NCBI GenBank assembly: GCA_964199315.1 | Contig: OZ116702.1 | Location: 16,802,001 to 16,866,000, forward strand | From: Orbicella franksi | Taxonomy: Eukaryota | DNA: 64,000 bases | Direction: 5' to 3' | Part shown: in pieces, positions 1 through 11,390 of the stretch | How the letters are laid out: each line of letters begins with the position of its first letter | How positions within the stretch are numbered: the stretch's first letter is position 1 | Notes under the pieces: model-generated | The model's database searches: none | Seen by the model: only the letters and a program-made list of their open reading frames with translations | What the model was told of the DNA's origin: nothing | Translations under genes and position numbers: made by a program

Positions 1-204
1 AAACATTGAGTTTAAAAAAATTCAGTTTCAGCTGTTTAATTCTTAACTTACAGTGACACAACCAAAACATAGCAGTATACTAATTTCTTCCATAAAGCAA
101 ATACCTCAGTTCTCAAAACAATTTTTAACAGTACACTTTTTCAACAAAGTCCTTGGGTTTTGCCATTAGTGTGTGAAATATATAACTATTTCATGACACA
201 AGAA

Positions 205-400
205 CTAGTTCTTTAGAGCTTGAAGTTTCTTGTCTATTGTCTCCTCGATGGACTTCAACTCTCCTATTTCTTTAGCACTTCGCTCATTGCATTTGATTTA
301 GAAATGAGAGTTACTTTCCCAGTCGACTCTGCCTCTTCTGCAAATTGGTCAGCAGACTTCAACAGTGCCTCAATGTTTGCTTCTATTCTTTTCTTTACTC
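205..400 (-). pseudogene. C-terminal coiled-coil remnant of a hAT-like DNA transposase
   Basis: Minus-strand translation gives KKRIEANIEALLKSADQFAEEAESTGKVTLISKSNAM, a frameshift, then ELKSIEETIDKKLQALKN* (stop at 207-205). This is collinear with the piece at 5978-6180. Confidence 0.55.
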
Positions 401-1521
401 CTGATATTGTTAAACTGAACACGTGTATGCTCTTTTATGATTATTTCCACCATGATAAGTTTCCTAATTTACCTGTTTCATTAGTATCTGAACTACATAA
501 TTACAGTACCTGTAGTGCATCATCCAACCAAGTTGCAATACCTTCATTTCGCACTAATCTTAGGAGATTTTGCCCCAGCATTATTGAAAGTTTCTTTTGG
601 AATAATTTTCCGCAATCCATTAGAGACAAACCATCTAAAAGAACGTTTAGAAAAGCACTTTTACGCTGGTACCTTCTTCAATACTAATGAAAACATTATC
701 TCTTTATAACTTTCTGACCTATTTCGTCATTTTTCCTCTTCTTTTTCTTTTTTTTTATTAATAATCTCAAGTTATACATAACTTTTAGGGGTACAAAATT
801 AGTTTATCTAGATGTGCCCCTCTTCTCTCCTTCCAATATATAATGTAATTCAATTTAAGGTGGCTCTATATAGTATTTCACAAAGCTTTGGATATTAAAT
901 ATGCATAAGTAATTTCTCCCTTGGCAAATGTTTACAACATAGCACTCGGTAGAAGGTCAATAATAAAAAACCTACAGCCTTAGGCTACGTATGGAAGACA
1001 CTTTCAGAACCTAAATGTTGTTGCTATGGTAACTACTGATAGAAATGCTTGGCTTGTTTTTTTAACCTGCCTGACTTCTAGACGGTGTTTCTAGGTTTCT
1101 ACACGGTGAATTTTCTTTGTTTTGGGGGAAACACAGTTAACACACAAGGAGTTTCAACTGACAAAGCTACAAGAAAATCTGTACATAATTTTCAGAGGAA
1201 TTCGCAATTTTCGTTTTTTACGCATATTACATTAACGTATGTATAACAGCGAGAAAAAGAAAAATCCTATCCATGTGCCAATTTTCAAAAAAATTCACCG
1301 TCTGGAACTCGCTTAATATGCGTTTTAGATCACCCAAAGACCCCTGTATTTTCGTGACGTCATCAAAATAGAAATTCTTCAAGTTACGGTACTGTGCATA
1401 CTCACGTTTCGCTTCCTTCGCACATGCTAGTTGAAAATTAGTCGAGATGTAGAAGCTTATTTTTCCCCACGACGGCGAAAAGTATACCTAATAAGTGTTG
1501 TAATACTTATGGAAATGCGTT

Positions 1522-2685
1522 TTAACTTGTGGTTTCCTCCACTGCTTTGAAGTGCTCAACGATCTTGGCTAGAATACGGGTTGTTTTTGTCACTCGTGGA
1601 GCCTTGCTAGTTGCTGACGATGGAGGCAGAGACAATACGCCAACAAGCCCTTTTGCTCCGAACTTGTCGAAAACATTCTTAAGATCTCGATATGAAATGC
1701 CACTTCCGGCTATTTTTTCAGCAATCTGTTGCTTGATGGGGAATTCCGCGTTTGTTGGATGATAAAGCGTTCCTCGGAACGTCTGCAGGAGTTTGTAGCG
1801 ACGATCAAGGTATTTCATGTCGTTTTCTGCGTACTGTGTTGTTGACATGTTCTCTGTCAACATGTCCTCTGAAATGTTCAAACGGGAGTCAAAGACTATT
1901 CTTCTTAAAGCTCTAACATCCTCCATTGCATCGTGTGCAGGGAAAGGCTCATGGAAAAGTGTCTGATAAATGGATTGTTGATTTAATTTAACTGTGGAAC
2001 CATCCGGTAAGACCAGAGAGGGATGTTTACGTTTGACCAAGTTCTTCATCACAGGGAGAGTGTCGGAAAAGAAAACGTTAAGACAGGAAAGCTTTTCACA
2101 AAGTTGATGTCCACCTTGACGAAGAAGAGTTGGATTATCGAAAACCTGAGAGTTGTGCCCGATTAAAACAGTATAAATATTATTATCGCCTTTCACATGC
2201 TTGACAGTTTTCTCCAAGTAGGTTAGAAAATTTTCGAGTGACTTTCCAAGTGACACAGTTTCGACTGGTTGATTGTTTTTGAACAGGGTCCTGACGCCGC
2301 TGACTGTTCGGACACTTAAACCATTTACCCTTGTAGCATGAATATCTACATCCCTCAAAGGTAATATATAGTCGTTGAAACAGTGCAAACCTGATTGATC
2401 AACTGCTGAGAGCTGGCATATTTCTGCGGTTTTTCCAGACGTGTTTGTTTCAATATCGTAAATGATGAAATTGTAAACAGTGTTTCTGTCATAGGGAAAT
2501 TTCTCCGCCACTGGTCTGATCGTTAATTCAGGAATGCATGTTTCAAAGTTTTTCAGCTCCTCACTTGAAATTTTCAAATTGATGATGTCGAATTCTTGGA
2601 TCAGTTTGGTAGAATTGTTTGGATCCAGGTTAAGTCCTATTCCACTTTGGTATGTGTTTCCTTCCTTAGCTTGTTTTTTACCATC
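1522..2685 (-). CDS. DEDDh 3'-5' exonuclease domain (TREX/exuperantia/PML-like family), C-terminal part of the transposase fusion
   Basis: ExoI IIYDIETNT, ExoII GHNSQVFDNP and ExoIII AHDAMED motifs are all intact. The frame stays open upstream of the called start to about 2697 (NLDGKKQAKEGNTYQSGIGLNLD). Confidence 0.85.
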   Translation of the reverse strand, partial: DGKKQAKEGNTYQSGIGLNLDPNNSTKLIQEFDIINLKISSEELKNFETCIPELTIRPVAEKFPYDRNTVYNFIIYDIETNTSGKTAEICQLSAVDQSGLHCFNDYILPLRDVDIHATRVNGLSVRTVSGVRTLFKNNQPVETVSLGKSLENFLTYLEKTVKHVKGDNNIYTVLIGHNSQVFDNPTLLRQGGHQLCEKLSCLNVFFSDTLPVMKNLVKRKHPSLVLPDGSTVKLNQQSIYQTLFHEPFPAHDAMEDVRALRRIVFDSRLNISEDMLTENMSTTQYAENDMKYLDRRYKLLQTFRGTLYHPTNAEFPIKQQIAEKIAGSGISYRDLKNVFDKFGAKGLVGVLSLPPSSATSKAPRVTKTTRILAKIVEHFKAVEETTS

Positions 2686-2694
2686 AAGATTTAT

Positions 2695-2978
2695 TTTTTA
2701 TCTGCACGGATATTATTGTACTGTAGGTCAACCTTAACAAGTATTGCACTTGTCAGTATTGTAAGTAACGTGTATTGTATGTAAGTAGTAAGTAGTCTTT
2801 TTAATTAATTAATTAATTGATTGATTAATACAATGTAACTTATTGTAGTGTAAGTAATGTAAGTAATTGTATTGTTAGTAATTATCCAGTAAGTGATGTA
2901 GGTAATTGTCCCATAAGTAATGTAAGTAGTTGAACTGTAAGTTGTTTTTTTTCCCTGTGTTTTGCAATAAAAAAAAAA
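2695..2978 (+). mobile_element. 5'-truncated non-LTR retro-insert (LINE 3' UTR with AATAAA and poly(A)) with a 9-bp TSD
   Basis: AAGATTTAT at 2686-2694 and 2979-2987. The insert is (TGTAAGTA)-rich and ends gcaataaaaaaaaaaaa. Removing it plus one TSD copy restores the reading frame. Confidence 0.85.
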
Positions 2979-4394
2979 AAGATTTATCTTCTGCTTATGT
3001 AGTTGAGCTCTTCGGCGTTTGAAATTAATGCTGTTTTTTCTTAGTTTGTCTTGGGTAGCCTTGTGATCCATCCTTTCAATGTAGCTGATACAGTGTATAC
3101 CAGGTTCAATGTTGAGGCTCTCAAGTGTTTGGCTAATGTACTGATATCCAAGGTTTACTTGCGAGATGCCACAGGCCACTCGGAAGTCATTACTTTCACT
3201 TCCACCATAGTATCTGATTTTGGGATTTTTTGAGCCTATAACACTGTTTAGGGCCTCATTTCTCTGCGAATTTGACCCAGGTGATAACTTTGCAACTACT
3301 ATGTCAGTACAATATTCATCAAAAATTCTCTCCAAAGCTTTCCTTAAGTCATCGCCATAGAGATCTTTGCCATAGGGTAAGTCAGAGTGTTTATAGTTAA
3401 TGGGGTCTTTCTTGGCACCACACCATGATTCATTGCAATTTTTGTGGTCTCCAAACGAATGTGGTAGAATGCTTTTTAAGGATTTTTGAAGTGCTGATGG
3501 ATTTCCCTTATTTTGAGACACACTATAAGTAAAACATTTGACCAAGTAGTTGATAACTTTCTGTGAGAGAGTTGATGAATTTACAAATTTCCCACGTTGG
3601 CTTAGGTTATACAGCCTTGTAGTAAGGGATCTTTTGGCATGCACAATGTCTGTCCACTTTTCTACAGGATAAGGGACCTTCTCTTTTATATGTGCAGCTG
3701 TTGTGGAGTCTTCATCCCCGACATAAACAGATAGTTTGACTTTAGAATTTAGGCTTTCAGTGAACAAATGGACTGCTGCCATAGGCTCCATTGCTTTTGA
3801 TGATGCTGTATGATTGAGTTGGCAATTGTGTTGCTTGGCTTGTTTTCCAGTTTTTTTAGCATTTGTGCAAACCCTGCAGGATTTTGTTCTTGTAGTGTAA
3901 TCCATAACCTTCCCATAAGTTAAACCCATGACTGCAGCATGACTGGTTGAAGAGTTATGCCCCTTTCCCCGTTTTTGCCAACCCATGTCATATGAGCAGG
4001 GGATATTGATGCAGCCTTGGTCATCTGCTTTTACACCCTTTTTGATGGCAGCATTTCTTTCTTCTGACATTGCAGTTTTGCAACTTTTCTTTGTTACTTG
4101 CTCTACTGCATGTCCAATCTCATTTTCTCTACTCTTGAAAGTTACTGGATTCATAGAGGGAATATTTAATGTACACAGTAAATTATTTAGGTGGGTTTCA
4201 CCGATTCCTGTATGTAGACACCCAAGAACAGCTCTTGAATTAACATCCTGACTGAGTGGACCTCTTTGATCGCTCCTGTGTTCATTGGAGGTCTTGACAA
4301 CATTCTCTGTACCACACACTGCACAGGTAACTGAGAACACTGAGGCTAACCCACATTTTTTTTCCTGCTGTTATGTTCCACAATGACAAATTGG
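2979..4394 (-). CDS. DDE transposase core (Kolobok; 'Mutator-like transposase' domain type), exon 3
   Basis: Motifs SYDMGWQKRGKGHNS (D), YVGDEDSTT (D), DIVHAKR and SQRNEALNS (E), plus CxxC and HxC zinc motifs. AG acceptor at 4396-4395. There is a 1-nt frameshift in the A8 run near 4356-4363. Confidence 0.85.
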
Positions 4395-4866
4395 CTGCAA
4401 ATAAAGTGAATATATTGATACTCAGGAAGATCTGATACTTTGTTCTGGCAGTGTGTTTTCTCCTTTAATTTGGAATAAACGAGCACAAGTAAATTTTTGC
4501 AAAAACTAACAACATTTCAAAATGCAGTGAATGCAATTTGTGGTCTGTGGCAAATTTACAACTGCTTGTTTGTTCCAAATTTATCAAAAACATTTTTGTT
4601 GCTCGCAATAGACAAACAATTGTGTGACGCTTGTTATAGGGAACTTGCCCAAAAATTTAAGGACCAAGACTTTTTATGGCTGATTGCATATGAGACGTTT
4701 TGTAATGTATTGAAGATATACATGTATTATCAACCTCATAATTCTTTTTTGGAAACCTGTTAATTTTATAGCCTTAAAGCTGTGTGTACTTGCCATAAAA
4801 CTGAGAATTCATTTTGACTTTTCTTTAGTGTTGATTTTCTTTAGGCAGAAAAATGTTTCTTCTCAC

Positions 4867-4966
4867 CTGCTTTACAGTGTTGACAACATTTCAATGAACT
4901 TCTCAAAACATCCAAGTCCATAATTCTACTTCCATGTGGAATGCAATTTTCCTTCTTTGTTTGTTT
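4867..4966 (-). CDS. Transposase exon 2 (KQTKKENCIPHGSRIMDLDVLRSSLKCCQHCKA)
   Basis: 100-nt exon bounded by AG (4968-4967) and GT (4866-4865). Phase 0 in and phase 1 out match exons 1 and 3, and it carries a CxxC motif. Confidence 0.7.
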
Positions 4967-5230
4967 CTGATAAAAATTTAAAACTTCTACATTTTAATGG
5001 TAATTATTAGGTTGTAACTGTAACAAAAAATGTTGGAATTTTAAAATGAAATGTCAGAATGTTCAGGTATAATTATGTTGACAATTTGCTATGAGCTACC
5101 TGTGGTATAATACAAAAGTTCAAATTGAGAACTATTTCAGAGCAAAGAAAGTCTTGATGAAGCACTTGTCTTAAAACTTTTAGGGAATTGCTTGGTGCCA
5201 CGAATAGCGAAAACAAGATTTAAACCATAC

Positions 5231-5497
5231 CTGACTTAAACGGGTTTCTCTTTTCTTCGGTGGGGACCAATCTTCGACCATTCCTTGAAACTCCAATTTC
5301 CTCTTTGCCCTCCACTCCTTTATCCCACGAGTCCTGTCGTCCGTGTTTCCACTTTGAGCGGGTTTCTTTCTTGAGAACCGACCCTTCTCGTCACGCAATG
5401 GTGGTTTTGTTTCTGGTGTCAGTTGCGCCGTTGCAGACTCTTCAGCTGTTTTTGGTGTTTCATCGCCCAGGGAACTCAAAGCGAAGCCTCCGACCAT
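5231..5497 (-). CDS. Putative transposase exon 1 (basic, low-complexity N-terminus)
   Basis: Part of ORF 5180-5668, with a phase-0 donor CAG|GTATGG at 5231/5230. The start codon choice (MVGGF) is uncertain. Confidence 0.55.
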
Positions 5498-5831
5498 AAA
5501 AAGTACACCGTGACCACTCTGTGACTTCCTTCGCGTATGATCACGACCGTCTTCTCTCTCTGATGTCGGCATGATAAGTGCTGCGAATTGGCTTCTCAGT
5601 TTAACCACGTCAGGAGAACACGAAAGAAGTGTATTTTTAAACATTTCTAGGCGTTTTTTGATGAACACTTGTTCTGGTCAAAAAGGATAGCGGTAAGTGG
5701 AACGCGACTCGCGATAAAAGTCTCGCCACCATGTTTATTTTTGTTTTTTACTTTTCTTTTAAATACTCGCGCGCTCGCGCCATTCGCACCCATGCCTCGC
5801 GCGCCAAAAAAACTATATAGAGCCACCTTAA

Positions 5832-5977
5832 GTGATGTAGTTTTTGTTTTATGCGCTTTTTTTTCTTCCTTACAAAGCACTATTGGTTTCTATTTATTTT
5901 CTTTACGTTATATTTACACATCTCTGTATTAGCTAGGAATTGAAGGAATAAAAATTAAAATTAAAATTAAAATTAAA
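5832..5977 (+). mobile_element. L2/CR1-like LINE 3' end with (TTAAAA)n tail; probably continues at about 782-858 on the other side of the Kolobok
   Basis: T-rich UTR ending gaataaaaattaaaattaaaattaaaattaaa, abutting the TTAA TSD. Confidence 0.45.
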
Positions 5978-7549
5978 GGGCAGCTTTCCCTTTCTCTCCT
6001 CTCTTGTGCTCCTCTTTCTTTCTTTTCTCTTCAACTAGGTCAGCTTGGTACCTCTGTCTTGCATGACTTGCACTGACAAGGAGCTCTTTAGTTAAGGAGA
6101 CTTTGGTAACCCCTCTAACATTCAGGAGATGGTCTTTTAATCACTCTCTGTGAAATCAATGTCTGTGCAGTCATGTTTTGAAGGAATGCTTATCTGTAAT
6201 TTGAAGAGCCCAGTAAATTTCAGCTGAAAGGACCTCTTTTCCATTAAAGAAGTTCCCAGTAGGCTGATTTGGTGCAGTAGAAACCACAGATTCAGCTCTG
6301 GTAGTTGCGCTCCTGTAAAACATGTGCAGCTAACTAAGGAACTGAGTACATGTACATGCACTGTACATGACGAAATTAATTATATGTCATGTATGTTGTG
6401 GTTCACTTGACTTTTGTCTCTGGTCTTGAAATTTGTTGTTATACATTGCCATACCGAAAAACAAAGGCAAATAAAATCTATACCAAGAATCAATTCAACC
6501 ACAACCAAAAACACAAAGTATAAAAACAAGTGATAAAAATTTAGACAAAGAATTAAACTGAATTACAACATATAATTACATTGCAATAAATCCATCAAGC
6601 CAGATAAAGAAATATTTCAATAGCATCTTGACGTTTGGTTGCACGAAGACTGGAACAAACAAAACAAAACAAAACAAAACAAAGAAATATGGCATCCAAC
6701 TTGTACAAGTTGCTTTTAGTAGACATCATTGAAACAAAATATTTAAAGGAAGACAACCACTTGGTTACACTCAATGGAAAATGGATTTAATATTTTTTAG
6801 TAAAATAGTGGTGTATACCAGACATGGAAGTGACTTAACATAACTCAAAAAACCTACATTTCAAGAACCACAGAAATATGTAAACTTTGCTTTACTCTTA
6901 GGTCTTACCTTAAATTTTCCTAACTAGAAGACAGGAAATGTGTAACAGAAGGAGACAACAGTTTCAATTCCATGAGTTTCTTGTCAATCGTGTGGCTTTG
7001 CAAAGCAGCTTCTCCCATACTTAAAATATCAATTGCCTCATTACAAACAACACACATTGCTTTGGTCTTTGACATAGGACCAGCTACAATCCTGGCCTTA
7101 AATTTTTCATCTGCTTTCCACTTTCCGTTAAAGACACACTGCCCCATTATTACAAAGCGAAAGAAAAGCCAGGGAAGAACAACAGCTACATGACTGCGAA
7201 CAAATATTGCTTCCTTTGCTCAACTAACGCGGGAAACAAATAAACCATGCTGCATTGCAAACACAATGAACCATAATACAATGCAGGGCATTGGAGACTG
7301 GACTTTCCGACTGTACCACCATTTATTATAGAGTGTTTTGCCGTTTGGCCAAGTTAATTCAAGTGAAATCAGCTACATTACAAAGATTTCAGCTAGCTTT
7401 TAAACACCTGCTGCTCCTTGAGAAAAATTCCAGACTTCCAGACATTTTTCAAGACTTTGCCTTTAATTTCCATACTATTTCCAGGTCTGGAAAAGTAGTT
7501 TGCAAATTTCCAGACTTTTTCAAGAATTCAAGACTTTGTACGAACCCTG
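5978..7549 (-). mobile_element. Internally deleted hAT-like DNA transposon (5' end, zinc-finger N-terminus, joined middle and C-terminal pieces)
   Basis: Terminus CAGGGTTCGTACAAAGTCTTGAATTC (reverse complement, ending at 7549). N-terminal MGQCVFNGKW..CVVC..SH at 7147-6960. KEVLSAEIYWALQITDKHS joins directly to QTLISQRVIKDHLLNVRGV..ARQRYQADLVEEKRKK. Confidence 0.6.
6654..6683 (+). repeat. (CAAAA)n microsatellite
   Basis: About 5-6 tandem units directly visible. Confidence 0.9.
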
Positions 7550-7559
7550 CATGTTTACA

Positions 7560-8220
7560 CTCTGAACCTCCGCCTTGAATGTTGTCACATTGGAGAGGGT
7601 AAGTATGCTATGCTTAACGTGTCTGCTAACTGCACCTGGCGGCCAAATCTGTAGGTGAGGGTAACCTCGTATACTAGTAAGTGTAGCAGGAGGCGCTGGA
7701 GTCGTTTCAGGGCCATGTGGAGGGGCTTCTTTACGTTAGCTTCAAGTGGCTTGTGGTTGGTTTGCACTGTGACTTTTCAGCCATATGTATATTGATGGAA
7801 CTTCTCTAAGCCAAAAACAACAGATAGGAGCTCCTTTTTGATCTGGGCATATCTTGTCTCAGCATCAGACAATTCTCTACTGGCAAATGCCAGAGGCTGA
7901 TCGTTTTGAGTCAGTTCTGCACCTAGTCCTGTTTGTGAGGCATCGCTCTGGAGGGTTAGCTCTTCTGTTGGCACGTAGTATTTCAATACAGGTGCTTCAG
8001 TGACTAGCTGACAAGTCCTTTGGAACACTTGATCTTGATGACCTGTCCAGTGCCACTCCACATCCTTTGCATAAGTGTTCTGAGGGGTTCGCATACATCA
8101 CTGAGGCAGAAATTTGATCTCTCAGAGATCAAATTTCTCAGATTTCTCAGCTCAAACCGCCTGGAAACTTGGATTTTGGAAATCGCAGTGAGTTTCCTCA
8201 TTCCTCATTTCCACTGGTCT
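7560..8220 (-). pseudogene. Ty3/Gypsy pol fragment (RT connection and RNase H)
   Basis: APVLKYY..LQSDASQTGLGAELTQ..LAFASREL..ETRYAQIKKELLSVVFGLEKFHQYTYG, then TNHKPL..RLQRLLL..LADTLS, with stops and frameshifts. Confidence 0.9.
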
Positions 8221-8221
8221 C

Positions 8222-9110
8222 CTCTTACACCACCAAAGTCATGTCGACAACCGCTATAAAAGATCTTTAGTTAAAACCATGTTAAACCGTGCTTACTGCT
8301 TGTCCTCAACATGGGAACTATTCTCAACAGAATGCGAACGCCTTAAACTGATCTTTTCTAACCTCGAGTACTCAGATTCTCTTGTGAACTCCACCATCAC
8401 CCGTTTCGTTAATTCAGTGATGTCACCAGACACAAGATCGACGCCTCCAACAGAGAATATCTACCGCATAGTCCTGCCTTTTAAAGACCAGAAATCAGCG
8501 GACATAGTAAAGAAACATCTCTCAGACTTGAGTAATAAACTTGATCACAAACTACAGCCGGTGTTCAGAAGCCGTAAAATTGGCGATGATCTCAAAGTAC
8601 AAGAGCCAAAACCACCTTTGATCAATCAACAGTGCGTTGTTTATAACTATATATGTGATCTGTGTGATGCAGAATACGTCGGTTACACTAGCCGTCATCT
8701 TTACAAGCGCACTGAGGAACACCGATTTACCGCCATCGGAAAACACCTTCAAAATGAACACCGAGTTGATACAGTTGGTGACCTGACTAACAACTTTAAG
8801 ATCCTAAAGAAATGTCAGGGAAAGTTCGATTGCTCGATCCACGAAATGTTGTGGATTCGCAAGAAGAAACCGAGCCTTAACACACAGTCAGACTCCATTC
8901 GCGCAAAAGTATTTGTTTAGGCTTTGAACAGACACTGAACTCATTACCAGTGTTTGACACCTCATTGGAATGAACATGAACATTGAACAGCTATCTTAAT
9001 CTTAATTTATTCAATTTCGCACCTCTACCATTGGTATAAATTAGTTTACTTTTCGCACAAATATTTTTTAACTTGAAAATGGTGCCAGGATGACACCGAA
9101 ACGTCGTTGC
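8222..9110 (+). mobile_element. Penelope-like element (PLE), 5'-truncated
   Basis: RT thumb (HHQSHVDNRYKRSL) followed by a GIY-YIG ORF. The 3' region ends cttgaaaatggtgccaggatgacaccgaaacgtcg, a degenerate hammerhead-type PLE tail. Confidence 0.85.
8279..8920 (+). CDS. PLE RT C-terminus plus GIY-YIG endonuclease
   Basis: CVVYNYICDLCDAEYVGYTSRHLYKRTEEH..HEMLWIRKKKPSLNTQ. Confidence 0.85.
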   Translation: MLNRAYCLSSTWELFSTECERLKLIFSNLEYSDSLVNSTITRFVNSVMSPDTRSTPPTENIYRIVLPFKDQKSADIVKKHLSDLSNKLDHKLQPVFRSRKIGDDLKVQEPKPPLINQQCVVYNYICDLCDAEYVGYTSRHLYKRTEEHRFTAIGKHLQNEHRVDTVGDLTNNFKILKKCQGKFDCSIHEMLWIRKKKPSLNTQSDSIRAKVFV

Positions 9111-9159
9111 TCAGTTTTTTCGCTAATCTTTATTGTTAACTGTATTTCCAAATTTAATC

Positions 9160-10250
9160 TTATAAGAGTTTCCTCATGCCTGGAAAAGATGGAAAAAAGA
9201 AATTACTCTTTACATGGATCTGGCAATGGAAGGGAGAGATGAAAAGATGAAGGTAAAGCTCTTTCTCTATATTATCAGCAACCAGAGAAGAGAGATATAC
9301 CATGCACTGCCATTTACATGTGGCCCAAGCAAGCATTTGCTGCAGGACATGATTGATGCTTTTGAAACCCATTGCAATCCCAAGAAAAATGAAACAGTAG
9401 GACGCTATAAGTTCTTCACTAGAATACAAGAAGGAGAACCGGTAGAAAAATTCATAGTTGCCCTGAAGATCTTAGCTTCAACTTGTAATTTTAGCACCCT
9501 GCGGAACTCGCTGGTCCGTGACCGAATCATCTGTGAAATTCACGCCTCAAAGCTCAGAAAGGATCTTTAGAAAGCTCCTGACTTAGATCTTGATAAGTGC
9601 ATCAATGCACGCAGAGCCTCCGAATTATCAAAAGAAAGAAATAATGCGATCGAGGCGACGTCAGAAACAGTGCATCACTTACACAGCAGAAACAAAAGGG
9701 ATCAGGGTGGCAAGGATGACAAAGATGCGCACCAGAAATTGATGCGAAAATGTAAATTTTGCAGAAGACAGCATATGGTGTAGAATGCCAAAAGGGCCAC
9801 AAACGAAATCATTTCGCTTCTGTTTCCATGTCTACGAAGCCAAAGCCAGTATACTGTGGAAAGCGACAACGAAAATATTAGCGACGATGATGAAATCAAA
9901 ACAGTCGATTTGAACCCTGATGACGAGATCAACACCATGAGGGCACGGAAATTTCCAAAAGGACTGTTTGTGACAATAAATGTGGCCAAGACGCCAGCAC
10001 ACTTTCAGCTTGCAAACTCTCGAAAATTTGGCAAAAACTCTTGAAAATTGCCAGGGTCAAGTTGAATTAAAGAAGAAAACGAAAATGCTCTCCATGCACA
10101 ACCACACATGGTGCAACTGCTGGAACTCTGTCAGCTGGACCTCTGCAATACTGAAACCAAGACACAGACAGTTAAGTTCAGAGCAGAATCAATATGTATT
10201 CAGGTATGCATGCTGATTTCACGATTACACAATGCCCAGTCCCCAGGCGA
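9160..10250 (+). pseudogene. Ty3/Gypsy gag-(protease) remnant
   Basis: WKRWKKEI..FETHCNPKKNETVGRYKFFTRIQEGEPVEKFIVALKILASTCNF..VRDRII, typical of Gypsy Gag. Degenerate downstream. Confidence 0.75.
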
Positions 10251-11390
10251 GATCAGCTTATGTAACTTGATCTGTACACATGTATCACACATGTATCAAA
10301 ATGTTCATTCAGTTTTCTTTACATTCCAGTCGTCTGTCCTGTATGACACTTTTGTAGGCCGAATAGCGGCCTACAAAATCTGCGTTTCTGTGTTTATATT
10401 TGGCTGCACCAAATATACACCACTGCTGATGTCTTTCCTTAACCATCTTGTTTGCATGCTAATAACTGAAGAAAAACTGACCTCCCACCAGCAGGTGATT
10501 TTCTGATCCAAAAGAACAGTTAATATTTTCAAAACCACGGAAAAACCTTTAGGTAAGATTGACATTTCCAAGTCCTGTCGTCTGACCTTTGAATCTGTAG
10601 CTAGTCACCCCTTCCGAAAAAGAAACTGATGTAAACAAGGGGTTTGCAGAAGTCCCAAAATTAAAATTCAGGGAAAAGCCTTGCTCACTAATAGCTTGCA
10701 GTCTGTTCTCCTAAACAGCAAAAAAGACCAGTGAACTGAGGATCCAATTTGTTTTTCCAAGCAGCGTGACATTAAAAATAGAACTTTTGCGGGAAAATTT
10801 AGCCTAAATATTGGTAAGGATTTGGCGAGTTTGAAATGTTCACATAGGTTAATAACAATGTCACAGCTTAAATATTCTATTCTGCAGTCCAGCTAACTAT
10901 TATTGCAATCTTTCAGTAAATCATGGACAACAATCCCAGAAAGTCGGTATAAGGCGATATTCTTCACTAAAAATTTGGAGGGAAATATCTCTGACTAATG
11001 ATTTTTTTTGGACTTTGCAAGACCAATTACTCTGATTTACCTGTAGATACCAATTTTAACTAGACTGGATATTGATAACAGTGCAAAAGACTATCACAAA
11101 TATGTCTTTCTGTGGAAATAAACAGACGCACTTTTGAAAAACGACTGGCTGAAAATGGCTAAAATATGGGTAACACTCACTAACAATTCGGCAGCGATAT
11201 TCAGCTTCTTGTGAGAACCGTAGAATTAAAGCGAAAGACCTCTAATATTTCTCAGTCAACTAATAAGGGGACAAATATTATCTCATGAAAATAAGAGTTT
11301 CTGGAATTTGTACGAAGTATCTTTTAGGCTCACCTAAAGTTGCCCGAAATTTCGGCCATTTTAGACTGCTTGAGAGGCCAAAATCATGTG

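Larger units (their letters stand above)
859..5827 (-). mobile_element. Kolobok-superfamily DNA transposon with transposase-DEDDh exonuclease fusion (pseudogenised)
   Basis: Perfect 16-bp TIRs GGTGGCTCTATATAGT (859-874) and ACTATATAGAGCCACC (5812-5827), TTAA on both sides (855-858, 5828-5831), RR..YY termini, and an internal DDE transposase. Confidence 0.85.

Noticed and set aside
220-687. 155-aa plus-strand ORF
   Set aside because: No motifs. It is largely the antisense shadow of the decayed hAT-like C-terminus.
1522-2577. Stand-alone host exonuclease gene (exuperantia/TREX/PML-like)
   Set aside because: It lies inside TTAA-flanked TIRs and is in frame with the transposase once the TSD-flanked insert is removed.
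2805-4340. Mutator/MULE assignment, and an intron at 2695-2978
   Set aside because: The TTAA TSD and short RR..YY TIRs fit Kolobok, not the 9-bp-TSD MULEs. The gap lacks GT-AG ends and has a TSD and poly(A).
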